Both the position numbers and the translations under genes were made by a program. A model generated the notes under the pieces. It did not search any database. It was not told the DNA's origin and saw nothing but the letters and a program-made list of their open reading frames with translations. Below are positions 50,951 to 64,000 of a DNA stretch of 64,000 nucleotides, piece by piece. Within the stretch, counting starts at the first letter, position 1; every line of letters starts with the position of its first letter. Source of the stretch: Dipteris shenzhenensis (Eukaryota); NCBI GenBank assembly GCA_047967505.1, contig CM106538.1; one strand, written 5' to 3'.

Positions 50951-51949
50951 CAAAACATATGCAACAATTTTTATTTGTAGATAGATATCATGTCACGTCC
51001 CAATTCTCCTACATGGTTCTAATTCCCAACACAGCTTTCTTGCCGCTTGTCAATGACATATGCACTTAAATTTTCATGCCCTCTAAGAATTCAATTCACA
51101 ATACCTTAGTCATTCTTGCCTCTAGGGCCATGACTATTCGTGTGTTCGTAACATGAATTTGCACATTGGTCTACCAAACCACCTAGCCGTCTCAAACCCC
51201 ACATCGAAGACCTTGGCAATCAAACCCTTGATTGAATTTACAAAAAACACATTATATCAAATGACACCTTTACATCTATTATCTATATATTCTTGAAGTC
51301 TCTTAAGGACATAGTGTCCACTGACCCTTCCAAGATCATATTCCATTTCAACTAGAACGTAACTTCCCTTCCCTCTTCAAGATCAGCGTCCTTAATGATA
51401 AGAATGCTCTCCCTATCTAGTAAACAGATTTTCAGGTAGTCTTTGAGAAAAAACGTGCATGCCATGAAAGCAACACCGTAGATATCTTCCGACGTCGAAG
51501 TTGTGCTTCTCCCTAGTCCAAGATTCTTGCCGATTTGCGCTCAATGTTTTCTCCTATGTCTAGCAACATGACAATACCATCAATCAATGAATCACTAGGT
51601 TGCAAAAATCATTGCAACGTGCAACCTTATATACCTAGATGAATCCAAGAACATTCCCAAACTCATCCTCTAAAAACACAACATAGTGCAATTTCAATCT
51701 CATGATAGTCACTCGCAAGGTTGAAAACCATTAACTCCATCATGCATAGCAGGGACTAGCTACTATGACATCCCCACTGACGTCGTCAGCGCCCAACAGT
51801 GGGTGTAGACCATAGTATAAAAATATACTCTCACACATACAAATCCACACACCCACACATACTTGAGCATCCATTTATACAAAGTCTTCGTACTAAGTTT
51901 CTGTCGGCACTCCGGAGGTGAAGGGCAGACTCAGCCATGATGAAGGCTA

Positions 51950-52800
51950 GCACTAAAGGAGAAGGCTAATCAAAAGGTAGTCCAAAATCTCTTCATTCAA
52001 GCTACAAATGCTTGTGAAGTCTAAACATTTTCATTTTAGTCTCTCCCCAACGAGCATCTAAATCTAAATCTAGCTGATAGGGCAACGCGCCATTTAAGAT
52101 AGAAAGAATTATCACAATACCAGCAGGCCTCAACTTGGACGAAAACTTCACAAGGTTACTTTGCCTATTCTTTTTCGAATCAGCCATGGCCCACAATAAC
52201 CAGGTGATAACTCTTTGTATTCTTCTATAGTCAAGGACTTCGCGTATTAATGAGTCCTAAAAGTTATTTCTTCATCCGCTTAAGTCTTAGCCCTATCCAT
52301 GATTTAGTGAATATTTCCTTTAGCTAGTACTAGCATCTCCCACATCTAGATTACATAATCTATGACATTTTGGGAATCCCAACCGTGTTCGAGCTTGCTG
52401 ATCTAAATCCACAATTCAACTCAAAAAGGGCTCATCCCTGTAAACGGATGCTTTTAATCATTAACTCTGTTCCATATCATTTGCCTTGTGGTAGTTGAGA
52501 CATCCAGTTTAGGATGATCCCCATAACTCTAGTCCTAAGTGCATCAAATACTTCAATCCATAAATGACTGGTAAATCTCGTATCCCTATCTGATATTATA
52601 GATCTTGGCAATTCATATAGACAAAATACATTACTCATATGGTGCACTGACCCTCTCATCGGAATAAAGTGAGCGATCTTGGTAAGAGGATCAAGCACCT
52701 CAAGAATCATATCCTTATTGTGCTTGTGGCACATCCCGCAATAAAATCCATGGAAATGCTCTCCCATCTACCTCATAAAAGTTTCAAGGTCGCATAAATC
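51950..52800 (-). mobile_element. Decayed Gypsy integrase remnant
   Basis: VLDPLTKIAHFIP...LPRSIISDRDTRFTSHLW (52477-52767), with downstream KL...YQLDL. Confidence 0.75.
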
Positions 52801-54045
52801 TGTCAAACGACCATAGAGGCAAATAACAGAAGAGGGAGAACCGCTTAATAAGGATCCAAAAAGCTAGCACTGCTAGGGGTCAGACCACAGATAAGAGAGA
52901 CCCCGAAAAATGAGAACAGCAAATTGCCAAAAAGGCTAAGGGAAGCAATTTATCGCTCAAACAATTTCCTACAAGATTCCACTCTCCGCCCAAATAGTTT
53001 TGAATATTAAAAGTTTGAGAGTCAAGACCAACAATTGATTTCATAAATAATTTGTGCAGGACTTTGCTGGCTCGGTTTTTGAACCGTGCCTCTCACCTGT
53101 GAAAGTTAACCCGCCAGAAACGTATTTCTCCGAATGCCCATCTTGCCGTGAGGTGCCAATTGAACCTTACAATAAAGCATACGGCTGCCGTCTTTCCAAT
53201 TATCAAAGGTCTCTCAATGCGGCTGGAAATCGCCTGATCAGCTTTTGAATACATTGATCCTGGAAACGATTCTATATATTTTCATATAATCTTGATCGGA
53301 AGCTTACTGGTAATATTGGCCAGGCCAGCTAGAGAGAACTGCCAAAAGATGGAACGGTACACGATTACCAAGGTATCAAGAGCTAACCAATCTCGATCCT
53401 TTTCTAATATTCTCCCCCCCTCCCCCCTCGTTCACAATAGAATCGAAGCATTTGTTTTCCCGATTTTCGATGTTCAACAGTAATCGTGGAGGAGCAAACC
53501 TGGAGGGTCGATCGAGAGGGATCGGAAAGACGGATCGCGATTTTTGGTTGATGAGAAGAAAGAAAATCGAATTGATGGGAAGCTCCAACGAAGAGGAAGA
53601 TGGGGATCTGCGTGGAAATCTACAGGATGCCATCCATAGCCCCTCTGCAAACACACACAGGTTGACGAAAGGTGGCGGTTTCCTAAACATCATACTTAAC
53701 GTACAAACTGCGTCATTAACACCTCGTGCCCTAAAGTGGGCCTAAACCGCAAGTTTTGTCCATCTTCAAACCTGTGTGTGTGTGCACGCACGCGTGTGCG
53801 CGCACCGCTGGTCCGGGACAAGTGCCGCACAGGTCATCGCGTATGGTAGAAATATGAATTTCACTGCCTCGAGAAAGAGAAGAACAAGAAGAAGAAGAGA
53901 GAGAGAGAGGGGGGGGGAGAAAAAGATGAGTGATATTTAATCATTCATAAGGCCTACAAAAGCGAAAAAGAATACACTGGAGATGATGTGTAGGAAGACT
54001 ACAGGAGATAAAGGAAGGAGAGAGAGAGCACCAGGGGGAGGGGGG

Positions 54046-54079
<34 letters not shown>

Positions 54080-54086
54080 AGGGGAG

Positions 54087-54121
<35 letters not shown>

Positions 54122-55774
54122 CAAAAAAGTGGAGGATTTCAAGGGAAAGAAATAGAAATTAGGGAGTCTGACCAATCATAAAATCTAGGACTTTCACAAA
54201 AAGAAACATCTAAATTTTAAAGAACCTCCACTTAGACGTACCCAAAGGGTAGGCCCAAAAAAATGGGATGCAAATAGCAAGAGAAAGAGAGAGAAGAAGG
54301 AAGAGAGAGAAGGGGGGGGAGAAAAAGAAAAGAATCCGATGCAAATAGCAAGTGCAACTTAGCCCAATCAAACAAGATGAATTTCATTCATAGGGCCTGC
54401 CCATTTTAAATGTTCTTGCCATTGTCATTTTAAGTTGATGGTTGTGTAGAGAAGTGAGTGGTCTAACTAGTAGTTGAAGTTAGTGCCCGTGCGTATATAA
54501 GGGTTGTTTTTGTTTGTCCAAATGTGGTCAATACTTGAATTGTAGAGTGTAGTGTTGGTGTCAATGAGTTGGCACATGTTGTTATTGGACATGAATTGGT
54601 GTAATTGTGATGATTCACGATTTTTTTGTTTAAGTCAATGGTGAAGTCTCCAATGATGTAAGCAATGGTTTTTTGTGGGATTACTAGTGAAGTTTGAAGG
54701 CATACCAAGTCACGGAATCCGATGTTTGATTGTAGCAGTTTCTCAATGTTTGTGTCTGCTATTGCATCTCTCGCATGGATTTCTCTTCCATTAAATTTTC
54801 CTTTTTTCATGCATACCCATGTTGAGGATAGAACTTGTCGAACTAAAATCTTCATTGTTTTGAAGAACAAGTTCTCAATGCTTAAAGCGAACCTTCTGTC
54901 TGCACTTGTTAATTCCCATTGTGCAATGCTTTGGTATGGTGTAGCTGCTGAGATGTTGTATGTCCTAGCTTTTGTCCGAAAAAGATGTTTGGAAATGCCA
55001 ACTCTTTGCAATGGGTGTCTTTGAATATGCTGAGGGGAGTGAATCCTTCAGATGGTACAACTGCAATGGTTTTATCCTCAAAGTCAACCACTTGTTGGCT
55101 ACCGTTATATACCGTGCACTAAGGTAATATCAGTTTCGATGTCACCTTCTATTGGCATTGCATGCATCATCTCATTGACATCATTTTTTTTCATTTCTTG
55201 TCTTTGCATGTTCCTTATGTGCTGCACCCAGCTATTGTTAAGTTTTACATTGTACAGTTTGTACAAAGGGAAATCAAGCGCTCGAATTGTAAGTGTTGGG
55301 CGGACAAGCCCAATCATGTAGTTATGATTATATTGTAGCTTTCTCTTGATAGCTACCATCACAGTTGCACTGTCACTAATGAATCATGGAAGGACACATT
55401 GAGCTCTCTCCACATCTGCGAGAACATTGATCACACTTCCACATATTCCATATTGTCCATCGTATGTCAGTTCTTTTATTTGGCAAAATGGAATCCTAAT
55501 CGATATCAGCCTTGCTTCTATGTTGTTTAGCATGGGCACGTACGTGATCATCACCATAGTCATGCTCTTGACGTTCAGGGTTGGGATCCTCTTATTTCAT
55601 AGTTTGTTTCTGCAAGGTATACATGTTGATCTTGCTATTGATGAAGATTATGGTGCTATGAAGTCGTGCCCTCATTGGAATTTCATCATGGACTACTGAC
55701 TCGATTTCTTAAGTCTATGCTGAAATGTTAATGTAGCAGAGACATGTGAACTTGGGAGTGTCCCTTATTTTCTG

Positions 55775-55938
55775 GAGGTAGAGATCACGATGGCATATAG
55801 TTTGTCTCTTCCTCTTGCTGTTTGTTGTGGACATAGAGAAGGATCATTTAGTTATTTCCTAGAGGTAGAGATCACGATGGCATATAGTTTGTCTCTTCCT
55901 CTTGGGTGTTTGTTGTGGACATAAAGAAGGATCATTTA
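55775..55938 (+). repeat. ~87-bp tandem duplication
   Basis: GAGGTAGAGATCACGATGGCATATAGTTTGTCTCTTCC...GGATCATTTAG occurs twice. Confidence 0.85.
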
Positions 55939-56053
55939 GACTAATGTCACCCTTAATTGCAAGTTCACCTTCTGTGGTTATGCTCGGTAACTTCTTCGTG
56001 GCAAGGGGGTCTAACGGTTGTTGTAGTAGGCCTCCTTTGTAGTTTGTATATTT

Positions 56054-58788
56054 TGTCAAAAGAATGTAGGATCATGCTAAACCTGGTGCACACAAGATCA
56101 GCGGAAGAACTAAGGTGGCTCAAAGCACACTAAATAAGACATGAGAGGGAGATAGCAAATCTATATCTCTTGCAATGTGTGTGTTCAACAATACATGATA
56201 GGCCTCTTATATAGAGAGTGCCCTTTGAATAGTCAACACATGTGTGATCCTCTCATCCACATCTCTCCTTGTGGATAACCTCAATCCACATCTCCACATC
56301 ATGTAGTCCACATCTTAGGGTGGCTACTTTAATTCTTTCCTATACCATACCTTAGCCCTTTAATCTATGTGCTCATGGCACCATATCTCAACACCTCCCC
56401 TTGGTGCCATGATCCTTTGGCTACTGCAAGGTGGTCAGATGTGAGTTTACAAATCCATCACCTCCCCTTAGTGCATACATTGCTACTTAAGGTGGTCAAG
56501 TGTGGCTTCTACATGTCAATACCTCCCCTGGGTGCTTTCATAGCTACTCTCAGGTGGTCAGGCTTGATTTACAAACATATAGGCAAGGTTGGTAAGGTTT
56601 TTGTTTCTCAATACATGTTGTTCCTGTCATTCTGCTCATGGCTTGATGACGATGGCGTTTGCTTCTTTGCTTGACGTAGCTGGTTGCATGATGCTTTGTT
56701 CTTCCATGTGCCTTGATGCTTTATGTGTGGATGCCATGCTTTCTGCTATGGTCATCTCATGCACTTGTGCTTTCGGCATGCTTTGTGCGTTCATGCGTTG
56801 CTTTTTCATTTGTTGCAAAGGTCTTACCAATTGATTTCTTTCAATATTGGCAGTGTCTAATTGCATACAATGATTCTGATCTGACAGGCGCGTAGAGCTC
56901 GGAAAGACGATCACTTTTCCTTTTTGGAGCGTGTCCAAATTTTTCCTGGATTGCAAGTTACGCCTTGTTGAAGGTTTTGTGAAGAAGAGGGCCTTTGATG
57001 ATGTGTCATAGGCTATTCACATGCAACTTGAAAATTGTGCTTGGCAAGAGTTTACTGTGCTGAGGTAGGCCTATGCCACGTGGCACACTTTTAACTAAAC
57101 TGAATTAACCCAGAGTTCAAACAAACCTAACTATGATCCAAGTAACTGAACCTAACCCCACTAACTGAACCACCCCTAGCTGTGATTAAGTTTTATCTCT
57201 GACACGTGTCAATTGTGGAGACCTTAGGACTTTGTGAAGAGATAATTCAGCAGAGATCTCGTCTGCGATGTAATGAGGACGGCGTCGTGGCTAGTGGAGT
57301 TGAGACTTTTCGCAGGAGTGTTTTGTGAAGCTCAGACCTTTCATCCACTCGTCAATGCCTTTCCAACTTATGTGCCCAAGAGAAATCCCTTTGCCAGTTC
57401 GTTTCAGCAAAAGGGAGCTGTAGAAGCAGGTAGTCGAAGGTCCCGTCGCTACTGCTATCAGTCCACCTCGCTGGCTGTTGAAGCAGATCGAGGCTCCTTC
57501 ATTGCTGGGAGCTGTGGAGGGATGGAAACACGAGACTTCGGTTGCTGCTTATGAGCTTGTGTCTACGGAGTCACCAGGTTTTTGTTGGAGTGATGAAGTG
57601 CGCCGTCGACAGATCACTGATGGACTGGTGCTTGTAGGAGACTGGGAGCCATTGCTAATGAAGCTTTTCTTGGCACTGTGTCATTGAAGAGGCAGGTCGT
57701 TTGTGCGAGCCTCGGTGGCTGGAGTGCTTCAGTGGAGCAGCGCAGTTCCTGTGCTAGAGCACAGTTCGCTGATGTTTGGAGGCACCGAAACCGCAGCCCT
57801 ATTACCACCTTCTCCAATTGGCCACCACTGTGTGAGTTCGTGCTGAGAGTGGACATCCGCATACTCACCGCACTTCTCTATGACAATGGACTCCTGCCCA
57901 ATTTCTCGAGGCTCATCTGCATCATATGCCTCACATAGGACTTGTAGAGGCCCGAAACTAACGCATCCAAAACTCTATTACGCCTCTTTCTGTGAGCCGT
58001 TCAATAATCGCAGCTGCTTGATATCACTGGCAATGGTGGAGGGCTTGCTGTGAGGTCTTCTAGAAGAGGCATTGAATAGGTCTCGTAGTCTGAGCCGCCT
58101 TCGTATTGAGCTGAAGTTGTAGAGACTGCTCGTTCAGTTGAGGCTTTGAACTATGGGAGGATTGCTCACTGGGCCGAGCATAGACTAAGATAGAGAGATA
58201 TAGTCTCTCTAAAACATTCCTAACACTCTCGTTAATCTCTTTCTCCAAGATCTCTCGAGAAGAAGTGGAATGAACGGAATTCTCTCAAAAAGATGGATTT
58301 CTCTCGCTCTTTCTCTCAATGAATTCTCACAAGAACTTTCAAGATCTAACACTAATCTTACATTATAAAACTAATCTAGGAATGGGAGCAATCCTAGTGA
58401 TCTACTAAAGAGCTAAACTAGGAGAGCTAAACCTATGCTCTGATACCATGTCAAAAGAATGTAGGATCATGCTAAACCTGGTGCACACAAGATCAGCGGA
58501 AGAACTAAGGTGGCTCAAAGCACACTAAATAAGACATGAGAGGGAGATAGCAAATCTATATCTCTTGCAATGTGTGTGTTCAACAATACATGATAGGCCT
58601 CTTATATAGAGAGTGCCCTTTGAATAGTCAACACATGTGTGATCCTCTCATCCACATCTCTCCTTGTGGATAACCTCAATCCACATCTCCACATCATGTA
58701 GTCCACATCTTAGGGTGGCTACTTTAATTCTTTCCTATACCATACCTTAGCCCTTTAATCTATGTGCTCATGGCACCATATCTCAACA
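56054..58788 (-). mobile_element. Very young non-autonomous LTR element (TRIM/LARD-like) inserted into the Helitron
   Basis: 340-bp LTRs at 56054-56393 and 58449-58788, identical by eye. TSD TATTT at 56049-56053 and 58789-58793. PBS-Met at 58437-58448. Three AGGGGAGGT PPT units at 56394-56560. No gag or pol in the ~2 kb interior. Confidence 0.95.
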
Positions 58789-61700
58789 TATTTTGTTCAC
58801 TACTCTTGCCACATAATGTTTTAAATCCTTCATTCTATCAATGTAATATTGTGCACTTTCCTTTGCGGGAAGTTTTGTGTGCGTGTTTAGCAACCCATGT
58901 AGTTCAAGCTCTTCAGTTTCACTCCATAGATTTTAGGTCCTAATATTTGCTCTTCTGAAAAGTGGTGAAAAAGTGGGTGGATGGCATGTCTCATCTAAAA
59001 GTATGTTATGTGCTTACTTTTTGCCAATGTAGGATGCTTGGTTTACTACTTTCAACTTTGACCCATTATATCGAAGTATATTGTAATTGACTTGCAATGA
59101 GTCTGAGAATTTTGCCAAGCAATCATTAAGGATTGCTTGGGACATAGATGATGTTTTAACACATGTGGAGATATGCTCTATTGTAAGGTCTTCTTCGATA
59201 TGGATGTCATTCGCCTCTGCAAGTGACAACCATGGGCTTCCACATGTTTTCCTCGATGACCTTATGCATTTGAACAATGTACTCAACATTGACTCATATG
59301 TTTTTCTTGGGTTTAATGAGGTTAAGCATGTGATGATGTCGGTGTTGTTTTTGTGTTCTGCATTGAAAGTCTTGGTTTTATTCATGTCATAAGCATCGAA
59401 GTTGTGAATGTACTTCCTTTTCTTTAGGAGTGTGCCCTTTGCAAACAAATCTTCCTTCTCTTCATCCATGCTTGGGCATATTGGATGTATGGTTGGGGGG
59501 CATGTCGCTTCATCTAATACAATTTTGTAGATCGTCATGTCTGTGTCTTTCTCTATGTTTTGAAGCTCATGTAGTTTGTCTCTTTGCTTTTTGAGAATAG
59601 TGAAGCGAATGCTTAATCTCTCAGCAATGTGGCTCAAACAATCGCTCAGCATGATCCTTGATGAAGCAGCAGTGGCAGCATATTGCTTCACTTGTTAAAG
59701 CATGACATGGTTGCTGGCTTCACTATGAAGTACTCTCGCTAGCAAGTACTAGGGTGTTTTGGATGTCTTTGGTATCAATTGAATGGAGTTCCAGAGCTGT
59801 TCCACCAAAAAATCATAAGATTGTGAAGGAATAAGTTGTAAGATGCACTCAATGATGTCATTGTTTTGTGGGTTCCGCTCATTGAAATGCATTATGCTGC
59901 CAATGTATCTCGTACTCAAACATAGTGATGTATCCATATTCTATGTGTATCTAGGGTTTTCCGCTTTGATCTACCAACATGTATATGCGAAGGTCATGAG
60001 TTAAACGTTATGTAGCATGTCAGTATAGCACAATGTGATGCAATAATATGAATGTCTTTTAGTAAATTAAGGCTTTGAGAGTACCATATTCATGGGAGTT
60101 GCATCAATCAAAGAGAAGCGCAACGCTATGTGCCTATGTACCTTGCTTTTCGGATGGAAATTTCAAAGCTCGAGAATGCCATGGTGACGGAGGTCTCATG
60201 AACCGAAAAAGAATGTTATAGTTAATTCAATTTTAGTATCTCTTTTTCAAGGATGCACACTCAGAACCATAGTTGTGCGAAAGAAGATAATATGTGAGAG
60301 TAGAATATCTGTGCGAGCAATGAAAATTCCAAGATGAAAATTGTTTCTTCATAAGGATGAAGATTGCAATTCACTCGCTACATCCAAAAGCCTCTGCCGA
60401 GCAATCTACTACCATGACTATAAGTAATGGAAAACTGGAACTAGTAAACCAATGTATGTGGAAGCAATCTAGCTATCATTAGTGTGAGAAAAGCATGGAA
60501 TTAAAAAGTGGTATGTGGGAGTAACTATGGCGGCACTGGTACTACTTACTGTGGGGGTCAAAATCAATGACATAGCCAAACCTGTTGATGGTAAAACTGC
60601 CACTGGGCTTCAACTCGAGTAACATCGAGCGTACCATGAGAACATTGTCCTCATATAGGTCCAAGAAACTCGTTTGCAGTGACAAAACAACATCCACCTG
60701 TGGCCCCACGATCTGAACAAGAACATTATATCCATCTTCTAGTAGAAGCCTCCCCCTCAGTGTCGACACCTGCACAACCTTCTGAGAGTGGCATCACAAC
60801 TATAGCAATATGGATATGTTGCATCCCGGCTAACACAATCACCACCACATGACCCGCACAAGTAATCCACAAGTTGACCATTCACATTCATGAAATGCAA
60901 TATCCCATACACCTGCGTCACATTGTTTAACATAAGTACATTGTTTAACATAAGTACTTGGGGTCGCAAGATTTTAATATTAAGGAAAAACAAATAAGGC
61001 CAATTGCCTGTGTACCATAGGCAAGCTTGGCTATTTGAGCACTGAAAGCATGCTTCAACTCCTCTTGCTTGTTTCCCTCGGGCACATCCTTTGCAAAGTA
61101 GGGACTTCAACCCGTGTGCTATAATGCCTAGACTAAGGAAGACTGTATTTGCCATAGGTTTGCTTTCGAGGGTAAGCTTCTAGCAAAATACAGAACATAT
61201 AAAGCAAAGGACATTCCTTACCCTACTATCCTACGTGCCGACTTCACAGACCACAAGAATCATGATACAATCACACTGGTTGTTGTCCCCCATGGCTTTG
61301 TGCAACAGTACAGGGATTACTTCGAGATAGACCCTTTCTATCAGATTGAGGGTACTACTGTAGCTCAAAAGGCCACAGGCGAGGGGGGCACATGCAATTT
61401 CTCATTGCATGTGAACGCCACTACTGCTGTAGTAAGGGGGGAGCCTTTTGAAGGCACGATCACTCTTGTTCTGGAAGCTACCATTGCATTGTATGTTCCA
61501 TGGGCTTCATCGATGATCAAATCAGGTAGAGGAACCATATCTTTGGTGATGGGCATGATAGATTTTGTGATAATCGAGGTGGATACACACACAGCCTATG
61601 GTTTGCAAAAAAATATCATGTACATTGTGTGTGAGTAAGACTATGTATGTGCCCTACAGTAGCATGAATTCATGGTGGAACAAATAATGGTTGGTAAGTG

Positions 61701-62769
61701 CAAATGAAGCTTGCTAACCTTCTACGTAAGCCTCTTTAGCTACTTCGTGGAATGCAGTTTTTAAAGACTTCCGAGGTCGCTTGAGTGTAGGGCTCTCTAG
61801 CATTACACTCTTTGCTTTGGCTAAAGTTCTTTTAGCACTCATAGTTTCTACACACAAATAGGAAGGGGCATTTAAATATTGTGGTTGAATTAACAATTTC
61901 CACAAAGCCATGACCATTTTGGCTAAAATTGTCACCAACTCTTTCGATGTCTGCATTGTCGCCAGGCTTCACATCAGGAGTATCTCCAATATGGATGGGA
62001 GCATCCCTTGAGCATTGCCCACGTTCAAAAAGACTATTTTTAAAGGTCAAGTCACCAGGACACGTGGAGCCTTCAGGTACATCAAACATCGAACAGTCCC
62101 TGTGTTCCGTTTGTTTCTCGACGGACTGAACATCTGTGACAACAACAGAGCCAATAAAATGAGGTGGGTATCAAAAATTGCAAAGCCAAATAGCAGCGCT
62201 GGAAGAGTGACGCCTAAAACTACCTTCTGCACTCGTTTTGATAGCAACATCCTGTTTCTTCCATTTCCTCCTCAACTTCTGTTCAAACTCTACAGTAGAA
62301 CCAGAAATAGAATCACGAACCACGCCACAAGGATGCAAGAAGTTCTTAGATACGTCAAACATGGACCAGTCACCCTCTTCTGTTTGTTTGTGCACTGGCT
62401 GAACGTCTGCAACCACAACAGAGTGCTGATAATAAATTTTGGTGTGAGCAATTGCAAAAGCGAATATGAGAGATGTAGGATTGACGGCTGTCAGTACCGT
62501 TTGGAATCGTCTTCATAGCAACAACGTTCTCTGGTTTCCTTCCAAATTTGTGCTCCAACTCTGCAGTAGCAAAACGGCAAGTTGCATCACCAACACTGAA
62601 ACAAGCTTGTCTGAAGAAGGAAGTGGAAAATTGCATCACCAACACTAGAGCAAATGAGTATGCAGCAGGAAGTTTAAGCAAAAATGGAGTAATAAGAAGA
62701 AGGAAATGCAACCTCATTGGAAAGTACTCCTAGAGTCCATGGAATACCTAGAGGCAGGGTGCGAAGGCA

Positions 62770-63179
62770 TGTTGCTGAAGGGAGAATATGATGCACATGC
62801 GAGAGGCATGTTATGTCAGCCATAATCACGGGATTGTCTGGTGTGGATATGGTGAAGCGGGAAACCAGAGGGCTTAACAGTGCAACGGTTGACACGCGAG
62901 TTAATGCCTAGGCAAAATAGGCCTAGCATTATAGAAGGATGCCAAGAGGGGTCAAAAGAGTAAGGTCCTTTGAAAGGACACTTGGCATAAAAGGGGTCCA
63001 CATGGCATGCGCTGGGTTCAGGGGGGATTCTAGAGACAAGCTCCACAATAGGAACGAAGGAGAAGGAACTGAGCAGAGAGTTCATGGACAATAGGAAAGA
63101 GGAGCACTCTACAAATCGTGGCTGGGAGGAATGAGCAAAAAGCCCTCTTATTCTGTAGATGTATCATTGGTATCAGAGC
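62770..63179 (+). mobile_element. Probable LTR plus PBS of a truncated LTR element
   Basis: ...TGTATCA (63166) is followed by TGGTATCAGAGC (63168-63179). The LTR start is uncertain. Confidence 0.5.
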
Positions 63180-64000
63180 TAGAGTTTGATGATTTGTGCA
63201 ACGCGGGCTGTTATAAATTGACAAAGGTGGAGGTGGTGACTTGAGAGACCACGCACGGCACAAATCCCATTGCCAATCCTTCAATCTACTGCCTTGAGCG
63301 ATGGCGCAGAGTTCATGAATGAAGCAGAAGGATTTGAATGTTACCTTGAGGCTTGGCAGATACGGATTCGTAGAATTGAAGAGTCATGCGACCTATACAG
63401 TAACAATTCAATGGTGCAACAGCAGCCCGAGACGATGGGCTTTGGAGAACCGTGCGCACTATGCACTGTCATCTAGTACTAGTAGGCCACTAGTGCTAGC
63501 CTACTGTTAAACATAGTTGCGCATGGGGCTACAGGAGCACTGCGAGCCTACGAGTCTGAAGATTTCCAACTTCCAAGGCTACCGTGCGGCCATCGTCATG
63601 AGAGCAAGAGCTACAAGACTGGTAGGAATTCAAAGCAGAGGAAGCTGAAATTGCTTGAACGAGCCTGCAAATGGGAGCGCAAACAAATCATCGCCCAATT
63701 CGTCTATTCGTTAACCTGCACGCTACACACACACAGAGTTCTAAGCTTTGTTAAAGTCACGTAATCTAAGGTTTTCAAAACCTTAGAAAAAGCCAACTCA
63801 ACACCTTTCTCTACCCCTCTTCTTCCTAAGGCTTTAAAACCCCTTTTTACCCCCTTGTTCCTCCCGATCTTCCTAACCTCACCATTTTCAAAGAAGAAGA
63901 TTGGAGATCATTTTGAGGAGTTCAAAATGTAAAAGAAGAGGAAACTAAAAGTGGGATTTGAGAGTTTGAGATTGTGAATTAAAAGCATGAGAGGACGCAT

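Larger units (their letters stand above)
54440..62700 (-). mobile_element. Internally deleted endonuclease-bearing Helitron (Helentron-like) with upstream accessory ORF remnants
   Basis: EARLISIRIPFCQI...GSVINV...VAIKRKLQY, PSEGFTPLSIFKD.HCKELAFPNIFFGQ and WELTSADRRFA..IENLFFK match the Helitron RepHel N-terminus. At about 54688 this is fused to IGDFTIDL...TTLYNSSIDHIWTN...DH (APE C-terminus). CxxC..CxxC RPA-like remnant near 60760-60880. Boundaries are approximate. Confidence 0.75.

Noticed and set aside
53054-53745. Possible host gene 5' fragment
   Set aside because: No recognisable domain in any frame; it needs a transcript search.

Overview
A transposon-dense land-plant nuclear region; the species cannot be determined from the sequence alone. 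The only apparently intact host gene is a plastid-type two-S1-domain gene resembling the PSRP-7 half of the PETs polyprotein (45844-46995, minus). The rest is nested and decayed mobile DNA: several Copia-type elements, Gypsy remnants, two CACTA transposase relics, an endonuclease-bearing Helitron (Helentron-like) remnant, a LINE remnant, MITEs and a truncated ClpB pseudogene. A ~16.5 kb segment (about 5902-22404) is inverted. Mentally undoing the inversion rejoins a Copia element (TSD TATAG), a MITE (8-bp TSD) and a decayed intron-containing DDE transposase with the RAG1/Transib motif series. About 300 bp downstream of that transposase, on the same strand, lies a histone-H3-like gene with its own TATA/telo-box promoter and a long tail containing two H3 N-tail motifs. 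A putative RAG1-like transposon carrying an H3-like gene is the most novel candidate. All assignments are by eye; no database searches were run.
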